The notes under the pieces were generated by a model that did no database searches, was not told where the DNA came from, and saw nothing but the letters and a program-made list of their open reading frames with translations. DNA of 64,000 bases, from positions 506,862 to 570,861 of the forward strand of contig CAZIUK010000001.1 in NCBI GenBank assembly GCA_964542785.1, read 5' to 3'. Positions 47,951 to 57,628 of the stretch are shown here, in pieces. A program made the position numbers and the translations under genes. Numbering within the stretch: the first letter of the stretch is position 1; each line of letters begins with the position of its first letter. Source of the DNA: an uncultured Planctomycetales bacterium (lineage in GTDB: Bacteria; Omnitrophota; Gorgyraeia; Gygaellales; Profunditerraquicolaceae).

Positions 47951-49292
47951 CCTTAAGCATATCCTGTATAAAATGCGTGGATATATCGCCTTTTAAAAAT
48001 AAAGGATTCTCCATAAGTTTTAGATGAAAAGGTATTGTTGTTTTTATCGGTGAAATAACAAACTCGCTTAAAGCACGCGACATGCCCTTTATCGCTTCAT
48101 TACGGTTATTCCCACATACTATAAGCTTAGCCAATAATGAATCATAATAAGGGGGAACCTCGTATCCTGCGTATAAATGCGTATCTACCCGGACATTAGG
48201 CCCTCCAGGCAAGACTAAATCATTAATCTTTCCAGGAGAAGGCATAAACCCTGCTTCCGGATCTTCAGCATTAATCCTGCATTCTATAGCTGCGCCTTTA
48301 ATCTGAATATCCTCTTGACGAATTTTAAGCTTCTCTCCTGCGGCTACCTGTAACTGCTCTTTAATCAAATCTATCCCTGTAACCATCTCTGTTACAGGAT
48401 GTTCTACCTGGATACGGGTATTCATCTCCATAAAATAAAACTTGCTTGTTTTTGTGTCCAACAAAAACTCTATCGTCCCACAACTTAAATAATTTACTGA
48501 CTTCATCCCTTTTACTACTAATTCTCCGAGCTTTTTACGCATCTTAGTATCTACAACTGAAGAGGGAGATTCTTCAAGGAGCTTTTGATGCCTTCTTTGA
48601 ATACTACAATCCCTTTCTCCTAACTGTAATATATTCCCTAACCTATCGGCTATAATCTGAACCTCTATATGACGGGGTTTCTCAATATACTTTTCTATAT
48701 ATACATTTGAATTCCCAAAATTTGCTTCTGCTTCTGACTGCGCAGTCATGATGCTTGAAATAAGGGTAAGATCATTATGGCATATACGCATCCCCTTACC
48801 CCCTCCTCCGGCAGCAGCCTTAATGATTACAGGATAGCCTATTGATTTGGCTGTCTTTAATGCCTCCTCTTTATTTTTTATTGCTGCAGCGCTACCGGGA
48901 ACTATCGGTAACCCTGCCTTATGCATAGAAGAACGCGCAGCCATCTTATCCCCCATCAATCTAATATTTTGAGGAGTAGGACCAATAAAAGTTATCTTGC
49001 AAGATTCGCATATCTCGGCAAAATGAGGATTCTCCGCTAAAAACCCGTATCCCGGGTGTATAGCCTCTACATCAGTAATTTCAGCTGCGCTGATAATAGC
49101 GGGGATATTAAGATAACTACCAGAGGAAGGAGCACTACCTATGCAAACAGCCTCATCTGCAAAACGGACATGCAAAGAATCGCGATCAGCCTGAGAATAA
49201 ACCGCTACTGTGCGTATCCCCAATTCACGGCAAGCCCGTATAATCCTTAAGGCTATTTCGCCCCGGTTTGCAATAAGTATCTTAGAAAACAT
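47931..49292 (-). CDS. accC: acetyl-CoA carboxylase biotin carboxylase subunit
   Basis: 453 aa; ATP-grasp motifs and biotin carboxylase signatures ([24 protein letters not shown]). Confidence 0.9.
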   Translation of the reverse strand: MFSKILIANRGEIALRIIRACRELGIRTVAVYSQADRDSLHVRFADEAVCIGSAPSSGSYLNIPAIISAAEITDVEAIHPGYGFLAENPHFAEICESCKITFIGPTPQNIRLMGDKMAARSSMHKAGLPIVPGSAAAIKNKEEALKTAKSIGYPVIIKAAAGGGGKGMRICHNDLTLISSIMTAQSEAEANFGNSNVYIEKYIEKPRHIEVQIIADRLGNILQLGERDCSIQRRHQKLLEESPSSVVDTKMRKKLGELVVKGMKSVNYLSCGTIEFLLDTKTSKFYFMEMNTRIQVEHPVTEMVTGIDLIKEQLQVAAGEKLKIRQEDIQIKGAAIECRINAEDPEAGFMPSPGKINDLVLPGGPNVRVDTHLYAGYEVPPYYDSLLAKLIVCGNNRNEAIKGMSRALSEFVISPIKTTIPFHLKLMENPLFLKGDISTHFIQDMLKDELKGG

Positions 49293-49295
49293 CCT

Positions 49296-49748
49296 TTATA
49301 GAGGTTCTATTAAAAATATCGGTTGGCCGAATTCAATAGGCTCAGCGTTGTCAACTAATATCTCAAGTATCTTCCCTCTTACCTCTGCTTTAATCTCGTT
49401 CATAAGTTTCATTGCTTCTATTATACAAAGAACCTGCCCAGGCTCTACCTTCTGTCCAATCTCTACAAAAGGCGCAGATTCAGGGCTAGGAGCGCGATAA
49501 AATGTCCCAACCATAGGAGATTTTATCTCTATAGATTTACTACTCTGTTCCTTGGGAAGCTCTTTAGGCTGACTTACAGGAACCTTAACATATTTTTCTC
49601 TCTCTGTCATAATAGGCATTGAAAGAGCCTCTACCCCAGCAGGAGTTTTTTTAAGGCGGATGCGCATGCCATCCTTCTCAATTTCAAGCTCCATTAAGTT
49701 GTTATCGTTCATAAGATTAACCATCTCTTTAATCTCTTTTATATTCAT
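49296..49748 (-). CDS. accB: biotin carboxyl carrier protein
   Basis: C-terminal biotinyl domain with EAMKLMNEI. Confidence 0.85.
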   Translation of the reverse strand: MNIKEIKEMVNLMNDNNLMELEIEKDGMRIRLKKTPAGVEALSMPIMTEREKYVKVPVSQPKELPKEQSSKSIEIKSPMVGTFYRAPSPESAPFVEIGQKVEPGQVLCIIEAMKLMNEIKAEVRGKILEILVDNAEPIEFGQPIFLIEPL

Positions 49749-49765
49749 AGGTTCCTTCCCTCTTC

Positions 49766-50329
49766 TTAATTAACCCTTTCAACGTATTCAGCACTACGGG
49801 TATCAACTTTTATCCTATCCCCGATATTAATAAAAAGCGGGACCTGAATAGTTGCGCCTGTCTCTACCTGCGCAGGCTTAGTGCCGCTTTTAGCCGTATC
49901 CCCTTTTATCCCCGGCTCAGTATGAGTAACCTCAAATTCAATAAAGTTAGGCAGGTTAATAGAAAGAATATCGTCTTTATAAAAGTGTCCTAAAACCTCA
50001 AGGTTATCTTTGAGGAATATTCTTTTTTCTCCCAATGCTTCTTGAGAAACAGCTATCTCCTCAAAGTTATCCTGGTCCATAAAATGGAATAGGTGACCTG
50101 AGGCATATTGGTACTGAAGCTTACGCTCCTCCACATAAGCCGGTTCGATCTTTTCATCGCCACGAAAGGTTTTATCTAAAATAGAAGCATTTCTCATATT
50201 TTTAAGTTTAGCGCGCACAAAAGCAGTCCCTTTCCCCGGCTTAACATGCTGAGCATCAACAACAACAAAAACCCCACCGTCAACAAGAATAGTAACCCCT
50301 GATTTTATCTCATTTATTGATAGAGCCAC
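49766..50329 (-). CDS. efp: elongation factor P
   Basis: 187 aa; EF-P KOW and OB domains ([16 protein letters not shown]). Confidence 0.9.
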   Translation of the reverse strand: MALSINEIKSGVTILVDGGVFVVVDAQHVKPGKGTAFVRAKLKNMRNASILDKTFRGDEKIEPAYVEERKLQYQYASGHLFHFMDQDNFEEIAVSQEALGEKRIFLKDNLEVLGHFYKDDILSINLPNFIEFEVTHTEPGIKGDTAKSGTKPAQVETGATIQVPLFINIGDRIKVDTRSAEYVERVN

Positions 50330-51371
50330 TTAAAACCTCGCATCCATTTTTAATCACTAAAACCATATCTTCAATACGTACTCCAAATTTACCGGGTAGA
50401 TAAATAGCCGGCTCTACGGTAAAAACCATTCCCTCCCTTAAAATCTCATTGTTCCCACAGGTTATATGAGGAGACTCGTGCACATTTAGGCCAATCCCAT
50501 GGCCTAAGCTATGGGTAAAATTTTTTGCATAACCCTTAGAGGCTATATAGTTACGAGCAACGGCATCTATCTGAGCACAACTCTTCCCCGGCCTTATCTC
50601 TTTGATTGCTAATCTCTGGGCCTCCTTTACAATATTGTAAATTTTTAAGACAAGGGTATTAATTTTACCCAAAAAGAAGGCCCTTGTCAAGTCGGATTTA
50701 TAACCAAGATAATCTACCCCCATATCAACAAGAAGAATTTCGTTATTTTTTAACTCTCTTAAGGTAGGTTTATGATGAGGATAAGCAGAATTATTCCCTA
50801 TAGCAACAATAGTGTCAAATGAAGAATCACTAGCTCCCTGATACCTTATAAAACGTTCTAATTCAGCGGCTATCTCTAACTCTTTAAGGCCCGGTTGCAA
50901 AAAATCTTTAATGAAATTAACTGCAGAAGCAGTAATTGTAAGCGCTCTTCTAATCTTTGATATCTCTTCAAGGGTTTTGACCTCCCTTAGTCCCTCTACA
51001 ACCCCATAAGTGGGTATAAGAAGAGTTCTCCCTTTAAGTAGAGATTTTATTTTCTTATACTCGGCAAAAGGCAAGTGCCTCTCTTCAAAACCTACCCTCT
51101 TTAACCTCTGTTTTATAATTGTTTGCGCAAGCTGAGTAAATACAGAGCCATGGAAAATTTTCAAAGCAGCCAACCCTTTAAGTATCTTTTTTGAACTATC
51201 TTTAAACCTTGGATCAGTAAAATAAGTTACTGCGCGCTTAGAAATAAGGGCATAAGCATCAGAATTAAAAACTCCAGTCAGGTAGGATAGATTTTGCGCG
51301 GAAGAAAAGATAAACCCATCTAAGTTGTTGTTAGAAAGCCTTTTTTGAAAAACTCGGGCCCTAGTATTCAT
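50310..51371 (-). CDS. pepP: Xaa-Pro aminopeptidase (M24B family)
   Basis: M24 metal-ligand motifs (HSLGHGIGLNVHE) and a creatinase-like N-domain. Confidence 0.8.
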   Translation of the reverse strand: MNTRARVFQKRLSNNNLDGFIFSSAQNLSYLTGVFNSDAYALISKRAVTYFTDPRFKDSSKKILKGLAALKIFHGSVFTQLAQTIIKQRLKRVGFEERHLPFAEYKKIKSLLKGRTLLIPTYGVVEGLREVKTLEEISKIRRALTITASAVNFIKDFLQPGLKELEIAAELERFIRYQGASDSSFDTIVAIGNNSAYPHHKPTLRELKNNEILLVDMGVDYLGYKSDLTRAFFLGKINTLVLKIYNIVKEAQRLAIKEIRPGKSCAQIDAVARNYIASKGYAKNFTHSLGHGIGLNVHESPHITCGNNEILREGMVFTVEPAIYLPGKFGVRIEDMVLVIKNGCEVLSGSINK

Positions 51372-51375
51372 TAAG

Positions 51376-51807
51376 TCAAATTAATTCTAAAATTGCCTCT
51401 AATCCCAAATAATAACTTTTAGCGCCAAAACCTAAAATAGTCCCGTTGGCTACCGGGCTAATGAGGGATTTATGGCGAAATTCCTCGCGAGAATAAATAT
51501 TAGAGAGGTGGACCTCTACTGTGAAAAGTCCTGTGGCAGCTATTGCATCTCTTATAGCAACACTAGTATGCGTATAAGCTGCGGGGTTAATCAAAAGGGC
51601 ATCAAATTTACCCATGGCCTTATTGATTATCTCTACTATCTGCCCTTCATGATTAGACTGCTTAATGATTAAAGAGGCCTTACGTTTTTTAGCTATCTTC
51701 ATTAACCCTTGGTTAATCTCTTTAAGGGTTATCTTACCATATACCTTAGGCTCTCTTTTGCCTAATAAATTTAAATTAGGCCCGTGTATAACTAATATCC
51801 GTTTCAT
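51376..51807 (-). CDS. aroQ: 3-dehydroquinate dehydratase, type II
   Basis: [20 protein letters not shown]...HLSNI motifs. Confidence 0.9.
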   Translation of the reverse strand: MKRILVIHGPNLNLLGKREPKVYGKITLKEINQGLMKIAKKRKASLIIKQSNHEGQIVEIINKAMGKFDALLINPAAYTHTSVAIRDAIAATGLFTVEVHLSNIYSREEFRHKSLISPVANGTILGFGAKSYYLGLEAILELI

Positions 51808-51809
51808 GG

Positions 51810-51964
51810 TTAATCTTCGGCTTCCTCTATAATCATAACCGGCACCCCGTCTTTAAGAGGATATTTTTTTCGCAAGACTTACAGGTTATTTTATCGTCTT
51901 TTAAAAATACATCCCCCTTGCACAAAGGGCAGGCTAAAATATTTAAAAGCTCCTGGTCAATCAT
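51810..51964 (-). pseudogene. Trm112/YcaR-like zinc-ribbon gene interrupted by a 1-nt frameshift in an A7 run
   Basis: Frame 1 reads MIDQELLNILACPLCKGDVFLKDDKITCKSCEKN...; the +1 frame continues [19 protein letters not shown], matching the Trm112 C-terminal motif YP(I/L)(R/K)DGIPVM; the frames join only if the A7 run (plus-strand T7 at 51864-51870) were A8. Confidence 0.45.
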
Positions 51965-52250
51965 TCTTTCCTTCCTTGCCCTTAGCCTTTAAAAGATAGG
52001 CGCTTCTTAATTCATAAAGCAGGTTTTCTAAAAGCTTAGATTCGTTTGCGTCTAAATTACCCTTGGTCTTGCCTTCTAACATCCCTAAGGTATCTATAAG
52101 AAACTTTGCTTGAGATAAGTCTTCTTCTATCTTTTGTGTAGCAGGATTTGCTATTTTACCTAAAGCAATAGAAGCCTGTATAGAAATAGTAGTAATAAAA
52201 AAGCTAAAATCCGGGTTAGGGGGGATAAAATCTTTTTTTTGTCCGTCCAT
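51957..52250 (-). CDS. hypothetical protein
   Basis: 97 aa; stop overlaps the Trm112-like start (ATGATTGA); translationally coupled to the Memo-like gene. Confidence 0.35.
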   Translation of the reverse strand: MDGQKKDFIPPNPDFSFFITTISIQASIALGKIANPATQKIEEDLSQAKFLIDTLGMLEGKTKGNLDANESKLLENLLYELRSAYLLKAKGKEGKND

Positions 52251-53059
52251 CAGTTTAGTATTATTCCTGCGTATCCGACTACGCTTGACTTATCATTGCT
52301 TGTCTCTGCGCTTGTCTGATATGCAACCAACTTACCCTTTGACGCTCCTAATTCTTTAACGCAGGATAACATAGCTATCACCGGGGCATACCCACACATG
52401 GTTATATTAAAAGAGGCAACGCGTTCCATAAGTTTTTTTTCATCTAAAGAAAGGATTGCTTCTATCGCCTGATTATCTTTGTCTTTTACCTTTGCCTCAG
52501 GCTCATAATGAGTCATATCAGAACTAGCTACTAAAAGCACTCTATAAGCAGAATAATCCTTAATAGCCTTAGCAATATTAACCCCCTCTTCAATTAAAAT
52601 GTCCAAATTATCTGACAAGAAGGCTATTGGAACAATCTCAAAATCATTTTTAAAATACTGGATAACGGGTAGCTCTACTTCTAACGAATGCTCTTTAGCA
52701 TGGGCAAGATAATCTTCTTTAATATGCCTTGAATAACGCAAAATAAGCTCGGCTAAATCGCTATCAATCCTTATATCTCCTAAAGGGCTACCCCAAACCC
52801 CTTTAGGCATTAAACTAAAAGGAGCACCTAATCCGGTATGATTAGGACCAAAAAGAACTACCCTTTCAGGTATATCTATCTGAGAGAGAGTTAAGGCGGC
52901 TACCTTACCTGAGTAAATATACCCTGCATGAGGTAAAATACAACCTATGGCTTCTGTCTTGGCAACCTCTACTTTAGGCAAAAATCCTTTCAGGATACTC
53001 TTTATTTTAAGAGCTGAAGAAGGATAAAATACGCCTGAGAAAACAGGATTACGAATCAT
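52250..53059 (-). CDS. MEMO1-family protein (AmmeMemoRadiSam system protein B-like)
   Basis: N-terminal VFSGVFYP and the Memo signature LPHAGYIYSG. Confidence 0.75.
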   Translation of the reverse strand: MIRNPVFSGVFYPSSALKIKSILKGFLPKVEVAKTEAIGCILPHAGYIYSGKVAALTLSQIDIPERVVLFGPNHTGLGAPFSLMPKGVWGSPLGDIRIDSDLAELILRYSRHIKEDYLAHAKEHSLEVELPVIQYFKNDFEIVPIAFLSDNLDILIEEGVNIAKAIKDYSAYRVLLVASSDMTHYEPEAKVKDKDNQAIEAILSLDEKKLMERVASFNITMCGYAPVIAMLSCVKELGASKGKLVAYQTSAETSNDKSSVVGYAGIILN

Positions 53060-53108
53060 AGATAAATGCCTAAAACCCTTAAAAAGAAGTTATAAGGTAA
53101 AGTATGTT

Positions 53109-53279
53109 CTATGCTCTCTCCTTAGACCTTTTTCTTTTACGCTCGCTTGGTTTTTCGTAGTACTTTCGGTCTCTTACTTCTCTTAATATCCCTTCTTGCT
53201 CAATCTTCTTCTTAAACCTACGCAAGGCTGATTCAAAAGACTCATCTTTTTTAACTTCAACCTCTGGCAATGTAATCAT
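53109..53279 (-). CDS. rpsU: 30S ribosomal protein S21 (not in the ORF track; 56 aa)
   Basis: Hand translation gives [56 protein letters not shown], which matches the S21 consensus (…ESFDSALRRFKRK..EGIL.E.R.R.YYEKPS..RKR…). Confidence 0.75.
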   Translation of the reverse strand: MITLPEVEVKKDESFESALRRFKKKIEQEGILREVRDRKYYEKPSERKRKRSKERA

Positions 53280-53359
53280 CTCCTTTCATCTCTATTTAAG
53301 TATATTATTATAACACGATTTTTAGCTCTGTCAACATAAGGAAAAACCAACAAAAAAAA

Positions 53360-54004
53360 CTACTCAAGCTCAAAAGATATAGCTACATTAAAGGAGAGCT
53401 CCTCATAATCAAGTTCTTTAGGAAAATTAGGGAATGGCGAAGCATCTTTAATGCTAGATAATGCAACGTTTTTAAGGTAAGGACTTTTTGATGACTTTTC
53501 CTCAACCAAACGCGCCTGCTTAAGGAGACCGTCATTAGTAATAATAAAAACAAGGTAAATCTCTCCGGTCTCATTCTTTGCGTAATTTCTATAAGCAGAC
53601 CTTCTTATTTTTTCTCTTACTATTTGATAATAACTTATGTAAGAAGGATTGTCTATCTTTGCCAGCTCAATCGCAGGCATCTTTATTATCTTTTTTAAAG
53701 CTACTACCTCAGGCTCTATTAATTCCGGTTTATCAAATTTTAACTCTTTTAGCTTTTGAATATTATTATCTTTACGTATATCTTTTGGATCAATAAAAGG
53801 AGGTGGTGAGCGCTTAGGTATCTTTTCTTCTAACGGATTAGGAAGTTTTTTTGGCTTATGCTCTATCTTTATGTAAGATACTTTTATCTGCTTCTCTTCA
53901 TTTAAAACCTTAAAGTAAGGCAAAAGGTTTCCGCCAAATATAATAAGAGCATGCATAGATAATGAAACTAATATCGCTCCCTGTAACAACCTAAAGTCTT
54001 TCAT
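53360..54004 (-). CDS. tonB: TonB-family energy transducer
   Basis: N-terminal TM anchor, Pro/Lys-rich spacer (KPKKLPNPLEEKIPKRSPPP) and a TonB-like C-terminal domain. Confidence 0.6.
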   Translation of the reverse strand: MKDFRLLQGAILVSLSMHALIIFGGNLLPYFKVLNEEKQIKVSYIKIEHKPKKLPNPLEEKIPKRSPPPFIDPKDIRKDNNIQKLKELKFDKPELIEPEVVALKKIIKMPAIELAKIDNPSYISYYQIVREKIRRSAYRNYAKNETGEIYLVFIITNDGLLKQARLVEEKSSKSPYLKNVALSSIKDASPFPNFPKELDYEELSFNVAISFELE

Positions 54005-54209
54005 AGCCTTAGTTTAACACAACCATTCTAGTCAATCAATAATACAATACTCCCGTTAGTCAGGCTAAATTTTGGCAGTAAACAACATCCCTTCTTTCTT
54101 AAAAACAGATGGTGTTTGGTAATTCAGTGCAAGATAGAGGCAGCCATTATTATATCCCCCTACCTATGTTTTAACCGCCTCCATAGACTCAACAGGACAA
54201 GAACAAGCA

Positions 54210-56270
54210 TTAAAACTTTTTGGAAACTTTTATATAAAAGTTTCTCCCTAAAGCGGGATAATAATTAACCGCTCCTGAAGTAGCATTGCATACACCGTAT
54301 TCATAGTATTTTTCATCAAACAAATTATTTATCCCAACCGATACCTTAAAATCATTTCTTTCGAATAATATTTTCAGGTCTACGGTAAAAACCTGCTTTA
54401 AGCTAGGCCACCTGTTTGCCTGGTCATTTATAAACCTACGACTAGTCATATAATTTAATCCTATGCCAGCCGACAAAAAATCTGTAAAAAAATGCGAAAG
54501 GTTTGCGCTAAATTTTTGATCCGGCACCATAGGGATATGTTTATTTTTATAATCGCCCTCCTTAAAAACAGCATGCTGAAAAGAATAATTACCCGAAAAA
54601 TTAAATCTCCAGGGGAGCTTAGAGGAAAAATCAAATTCAATACCTTGATGTCGTGTCTTATCGTAATTTTCATTTGATCCAAGACCAAATGGTCCTCCAG
54701 CAGGATTATAATATAACTCATTTTTCAAATTCATTAAATACCCAGAAACACTAATATCTAAAAATTCACAAACTTTATGACGTAAACCGATTTCATAGTT
54801 CTTACTATCCTGCTGTTTAAGATTCGGATTAAATGTCCCCCAAACAAAATACTCGTCAGTTGCCGGAGAACGAAAACCTTTACTATGGTTAATGTAGACG
54901 CTTCCTTGGTCATATTTGTAGGTAAGCCCGAAGTTATATGCTGTAGCTTTCAAGCTTATCTTAGAATCAACAGGAGGATTCGGGAAAAAGATAGAATAGT
55001 CGTTATAATTAAAATTATAATTTATATCTTCATAGCGATACCCTCCGGCAAAAATGAGGTTTTGAGTTAAAGAAAGCTCATCCTGAAAATATAAAGCCCT
55101 AGATACTTTTCTTACGTAATTATCGCTTTGTTTAATTACCGATAAATCAAAAGTATCAGAATTAAAGTCATAGTTATAGAAATCCATCCCCACAATTGCC
55201 TTATTTCCTAAAGAGAGGATATCTTTATCAAAAATATATCTTGGATTAAACCCAACTGTTTTAATATGAGACTTTGTTATGGGATTCCATCCGGCATTAG
55301 CCCCGATAAAATTTGTAAATGTTTGTCTCCTGCGCAGCGAGACGTCAAATGAAAATTTACCAAAATTTCCTGTGGTTTGATCAAAACCTACCCCAAAATT
55401 GTAGTCAACATCCTTAGCGTGGTCATCACCATAAGCAGAATATCTACGGCTATTCGCTGCTAAATCTAAGCTAGAAAGCGCTCCTGGCAAACCATACTCA
55501 GATTTACTATACCCTTGGGTAAAACGCAAATTAGTATCGGTAGCCTCGAGCAAATAATCTAAGTTGACAGAAAAGTTGGTACCCTTAAAGTAGGAGTTGT
55601 TCCTATAGCCTTTGGTAGAATTATTACTGTAGGTTAAAAAATAGTTAAGATTATTCTTCTCTCCTCCTAGGTTTACCCCTTCTTTATGCAAATAGTAACT
55701 GCCATATTCACCTATTAACTCGGCAGAAACAACCTTGCCAGAACCCTTCTTAGTAATAATATTAACTACGCCGCTAACAGCATTATCTCCGTATAAAACA
55801 GATCCGAAGCCACCTTTTAATACTTCGATTCTTTCAATTTGATCCACAGGAATTTGTGTCCAGCTAACCCCTGATAAATCAACCTCATTAACTCTTCTAC
55901 CATTAACTAATACCAAGACATTCATAGCAGCTTGTTCTCCAAAACCTCTTATATCCACACTAGCTTTAGAGCCATTTCCCGCCCAGTCTCTGACTACAAG
56001 ACCTGATAATCCTAAAAGAAGTCCCACCGTAGTTGAGGCGTTCGATTGAGATATTTGATTGGAATTGATTACAGAAACGCTAGCCGGAGCATTAGCTAAA
56101 CTTTCTGCATAACGATAAGGAGTAACTACTATTTTTTCTAAACTAACCTCATTATCTTCTACTAAAGCGTTCTGAGCTAAATCAATATTCTCTCCCAAAG
56201 ACACTCTTGTAAAACCTACTAATAAAACTACCCCTATTAAAACTACCCCTGCTACTTTTGCTACCCTCAT
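54210..56270 (-). CDS. TonB-dependent outer-membrane receptor, BtuB-like (under a cobalamin riboswitch)
   Basis: Signal peptide, TonB-box/plug region, 22-strand-barrel-type sequence, C-terminal aromatic residue (…VSKKF); sits directly downstream of a cobalamin riboswitch. Confidence 0.8.
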   Translation of the reverse strand: MRVAKVAGVVLIGVVLLVGFTRVSLGENIDLAQNALVEDNEVSLEKIVVTPYRYAESLANAPASVSVINSNQISQSNASTTVGLLLGLSGLVVRDWAGNGSKASVDIRGFGEQAAMNVLVLVNGRRVNEVDLSGVSWTQIPVDQIERIEVLKGGFGSVLYGDNAVSGVVNIITKKGSGKVVSAELIGEYGSYYLHKEGVNLGGEKNNLNYFLTYSNNSTKGYRNNSYFKGTNFSVNLDYLLEATDTNLRFTQGYSKSEYGLPGALSSLDLAANSRRYSAYGDDHAKDVDYNFGVGFDQTTGNFGKFSFDVSLRRRQTFTNFIGANAGWNPITKSHIKTVGFNPRYIFDKDILSLGNKAIVGMDFYNYDFNSDTFDLSVIKQSDNYVRKVSRALYFQDELSLTQNLIFAGGYRYEDINYNFNYNDYSIFFPNPPVDSKISLKATAYNFGLTYKYDQGSVYINHSKGFRSPATDEYFVWGTFNPNLKQQDSKNYEIGLRHKVCEFLDISVSGYLMNLKNELYYNPAGGPFGLGSNENYDKTRHQGIEFDFSSKLPWRFNFSGNYSFQHAVFKEGDYKNKHIPMVPDQKFSANLSHFFTDFLSAGIGLNYMTSRRFINDQANRWPSLKQVFTVDLKILFERNDFKVSVGINNLFDEKYYEYGVCNATSGAVNYYPALGRNFYIKVSKKF

Positions 56271-56304
56271 CTACTCTCTTCCCTTTCTCGAACCTAAAAA
56301 AATA

Positions 56305-56340
56305 AAAAACCCTTAACGCTAACCTTTAGCATTAAGGGTA
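56305..56340 (-). terminator. intrinsic terminator hairpin serving as the riboswitch expression platform
   Basis: Minus strand reads CCCTTAATGCTAAAGGTTAGCGTTAAGGG followed by a U-run, located between the aptamer and the receptor-gene start. Confidence 0.5.
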
Positions 56341-56399
56341 TCCCTGTTTCCTTCTTAGCCTTGTCCGCGGGCTAGAATTTTTTTAAAAATAGACTTTAT

Positions 56400-56550
56400 T
56401 TATGGCTAGGTCTTCTGACTTAAGGACTCATCCTAATCTCTTCCTTTTGCCTTCCCGGATTACCCAGTGGCTTATACTACTTAAGGAAGATTTCGTACCC
56501 CTCTTACAGCAGCGGGACTGTGGTTGATTTGCACAACCTTCCCTTAGCTC
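56400..56550 (-). promoter_or_regulatory. cobalamin (B12) riboswitch aptamer
   Basis: Minus strand carries GGTTGTGCAAATCAACC...CCCGCTGCTGTAAGAGGG...AAGCCACTGGGTAATCCGGGAAGGC, i.e. the B12-box GCCACTG and the GGGAAGGC and CUGUAAG elements of the Cobalamin consensus as recalled. Confidence 0.7.
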
Positions 56551-56569
56551 GTAAACTTTAACTAAAAAA

Positions 56570-57070
56570 TTACAAAAGAACCTTTGCTAACTTCTTTTCT
56601 TTTACTTTTAAGGTAATATATTCATAAGTAGTAAAAAATACTGCCGAATAAATCAAAGTTGAAATTGTAAAATCGCGTAAAAAAGGCAATGCTAAGATAT
56701 AACTATCTATTAGGCCTTTTAGGTTTTGTGGATACCAGCCCATAGCCCAAACACCAAAATTAGTAACTATATAAAAGACCAAAGAAGAAAGTATCGATAT
56801 ACCCGCTACAGAAAGAATACCTATATGCTTATACAAGGATCTGCCTAACAATGCTGATAAAACAAAACAACCCCATGTAAATACCAAGACATTATGCATA
56901 CCGATAAAAACATCGCTTAAGACCATAAGAATCAGGGGCACAAATATAGCATACCTTCTCTTTAAATAAGCACCGGAAAATAAAGCTATAGCTGCTACAG
57001 GGGTAAAATTTGCCGGATGAGGCATAAACCTTAATAATATCCCAACTAAAATCAAACTTAAAACAAACAT
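56570..57070 (-). CDS. small polytopic membrane protein, possible vitamin/cobalamin uptake component (ECF-S or BtuM-like)
   Basis: 166 aa with about 5 TM helices; lies between the B12 adenosyltransferase gene and the B12 riboswitch/btuB-like receptor; functional call rests on context only. Confidence 0.35.
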   Translation of the reverse strand: MFVLSLILVGILLRFMPHPANFTPVAAIALFSGAYLKRRYAIFVPLILMVLSDVFIGMHNVLVFTWGCFVLSALLGRSLYKHIGILSVAGISILSSLVFYIVTNFGVWAMGWYPQNLKGLIDSYILALPFLRDFTISTLIYSAVFFTTYEYITLKVKEKKLAKVLL

Positions 57071-57124
57071 AAATTGCCTCCTCTAATGAAACAATGTTAG
57101 CACAAACCTTTTAAGTTGTCAAGA

Positions 57125-57628
57125 TTAAAATTCTATTCCCCTGCGCGCCTTAACGCCCTTATTGTAATAATGCTTTAGCTCATCTATAAGACTTACTAAA
57201 TCTGCTATTTTAATAATCTGTAAAGGTGCATACCGCCCGGTAAGGACTATCTCTTTTTCTTTTGGGGCGCTCTTTAAGATCTCTAAGACTTCTTTTAAAG
57301 GGACTAATTTTAAATTTAAAGCAATATTTATCTCATCAAGTATAACTAAACGATATTTTTTACTCAAGATAGCTTTTTTAGCTCTTTCTAGCCCCTTAGA
57401 AGCAAGTTCTATGTCTATCTTTTGAGGTTTACTCTTTATAAAACATCTCCTACCAAACTGCTCTATCTTAATATTTTTTATCTTCCTTAAAATCTTTAGC
57501 TCGCTATAAAGTCGTCCCTTAGCGAATTGAGCAATATAAACATTCAAGCCTGCACCTGAGGCTCTTAAGGCTAGGCCTAGGGCAGCAGTTGTCTTTCCTT
57601 TTCCGTTACCGGTATAAACTTGAATCAT
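57125..57628 (-). CDS. cobO: cob(I)alamin adenosyltransferase (CobO/BtuR type)
   Basis: MIQVYTGNGKGKTTAALGLALRA P-loop and family pattern; the ORF track extends the start to 57667. Confidence 0.8.
   Translation of the reverse strand: MIQVYTGNGKGKTTAALGLALRASGAGLNVYIAQFAKGRLYSELKILRKIKNIKIEQFGRRCFIKSKPQKIDIELASKGLERAKKAILSKKYRLVILDEINIALNLKLVPLKEVLEILKSAPKEKEIVLTGRYAPLQIIKIADLVSLIDELKHYYNKGVKARRGIEF

Noticed and set aside
54005-54209. Possible missing exbB/exbD or a small gene in the 200-nt gap between tonB and the btuB-like receptor
   Set aside because: There is no ORF with an RBS or a recognisable ExbD-like sequence on either strand. It is probably just an AT-rich spacer inside the riboswitch-controlled transcript.
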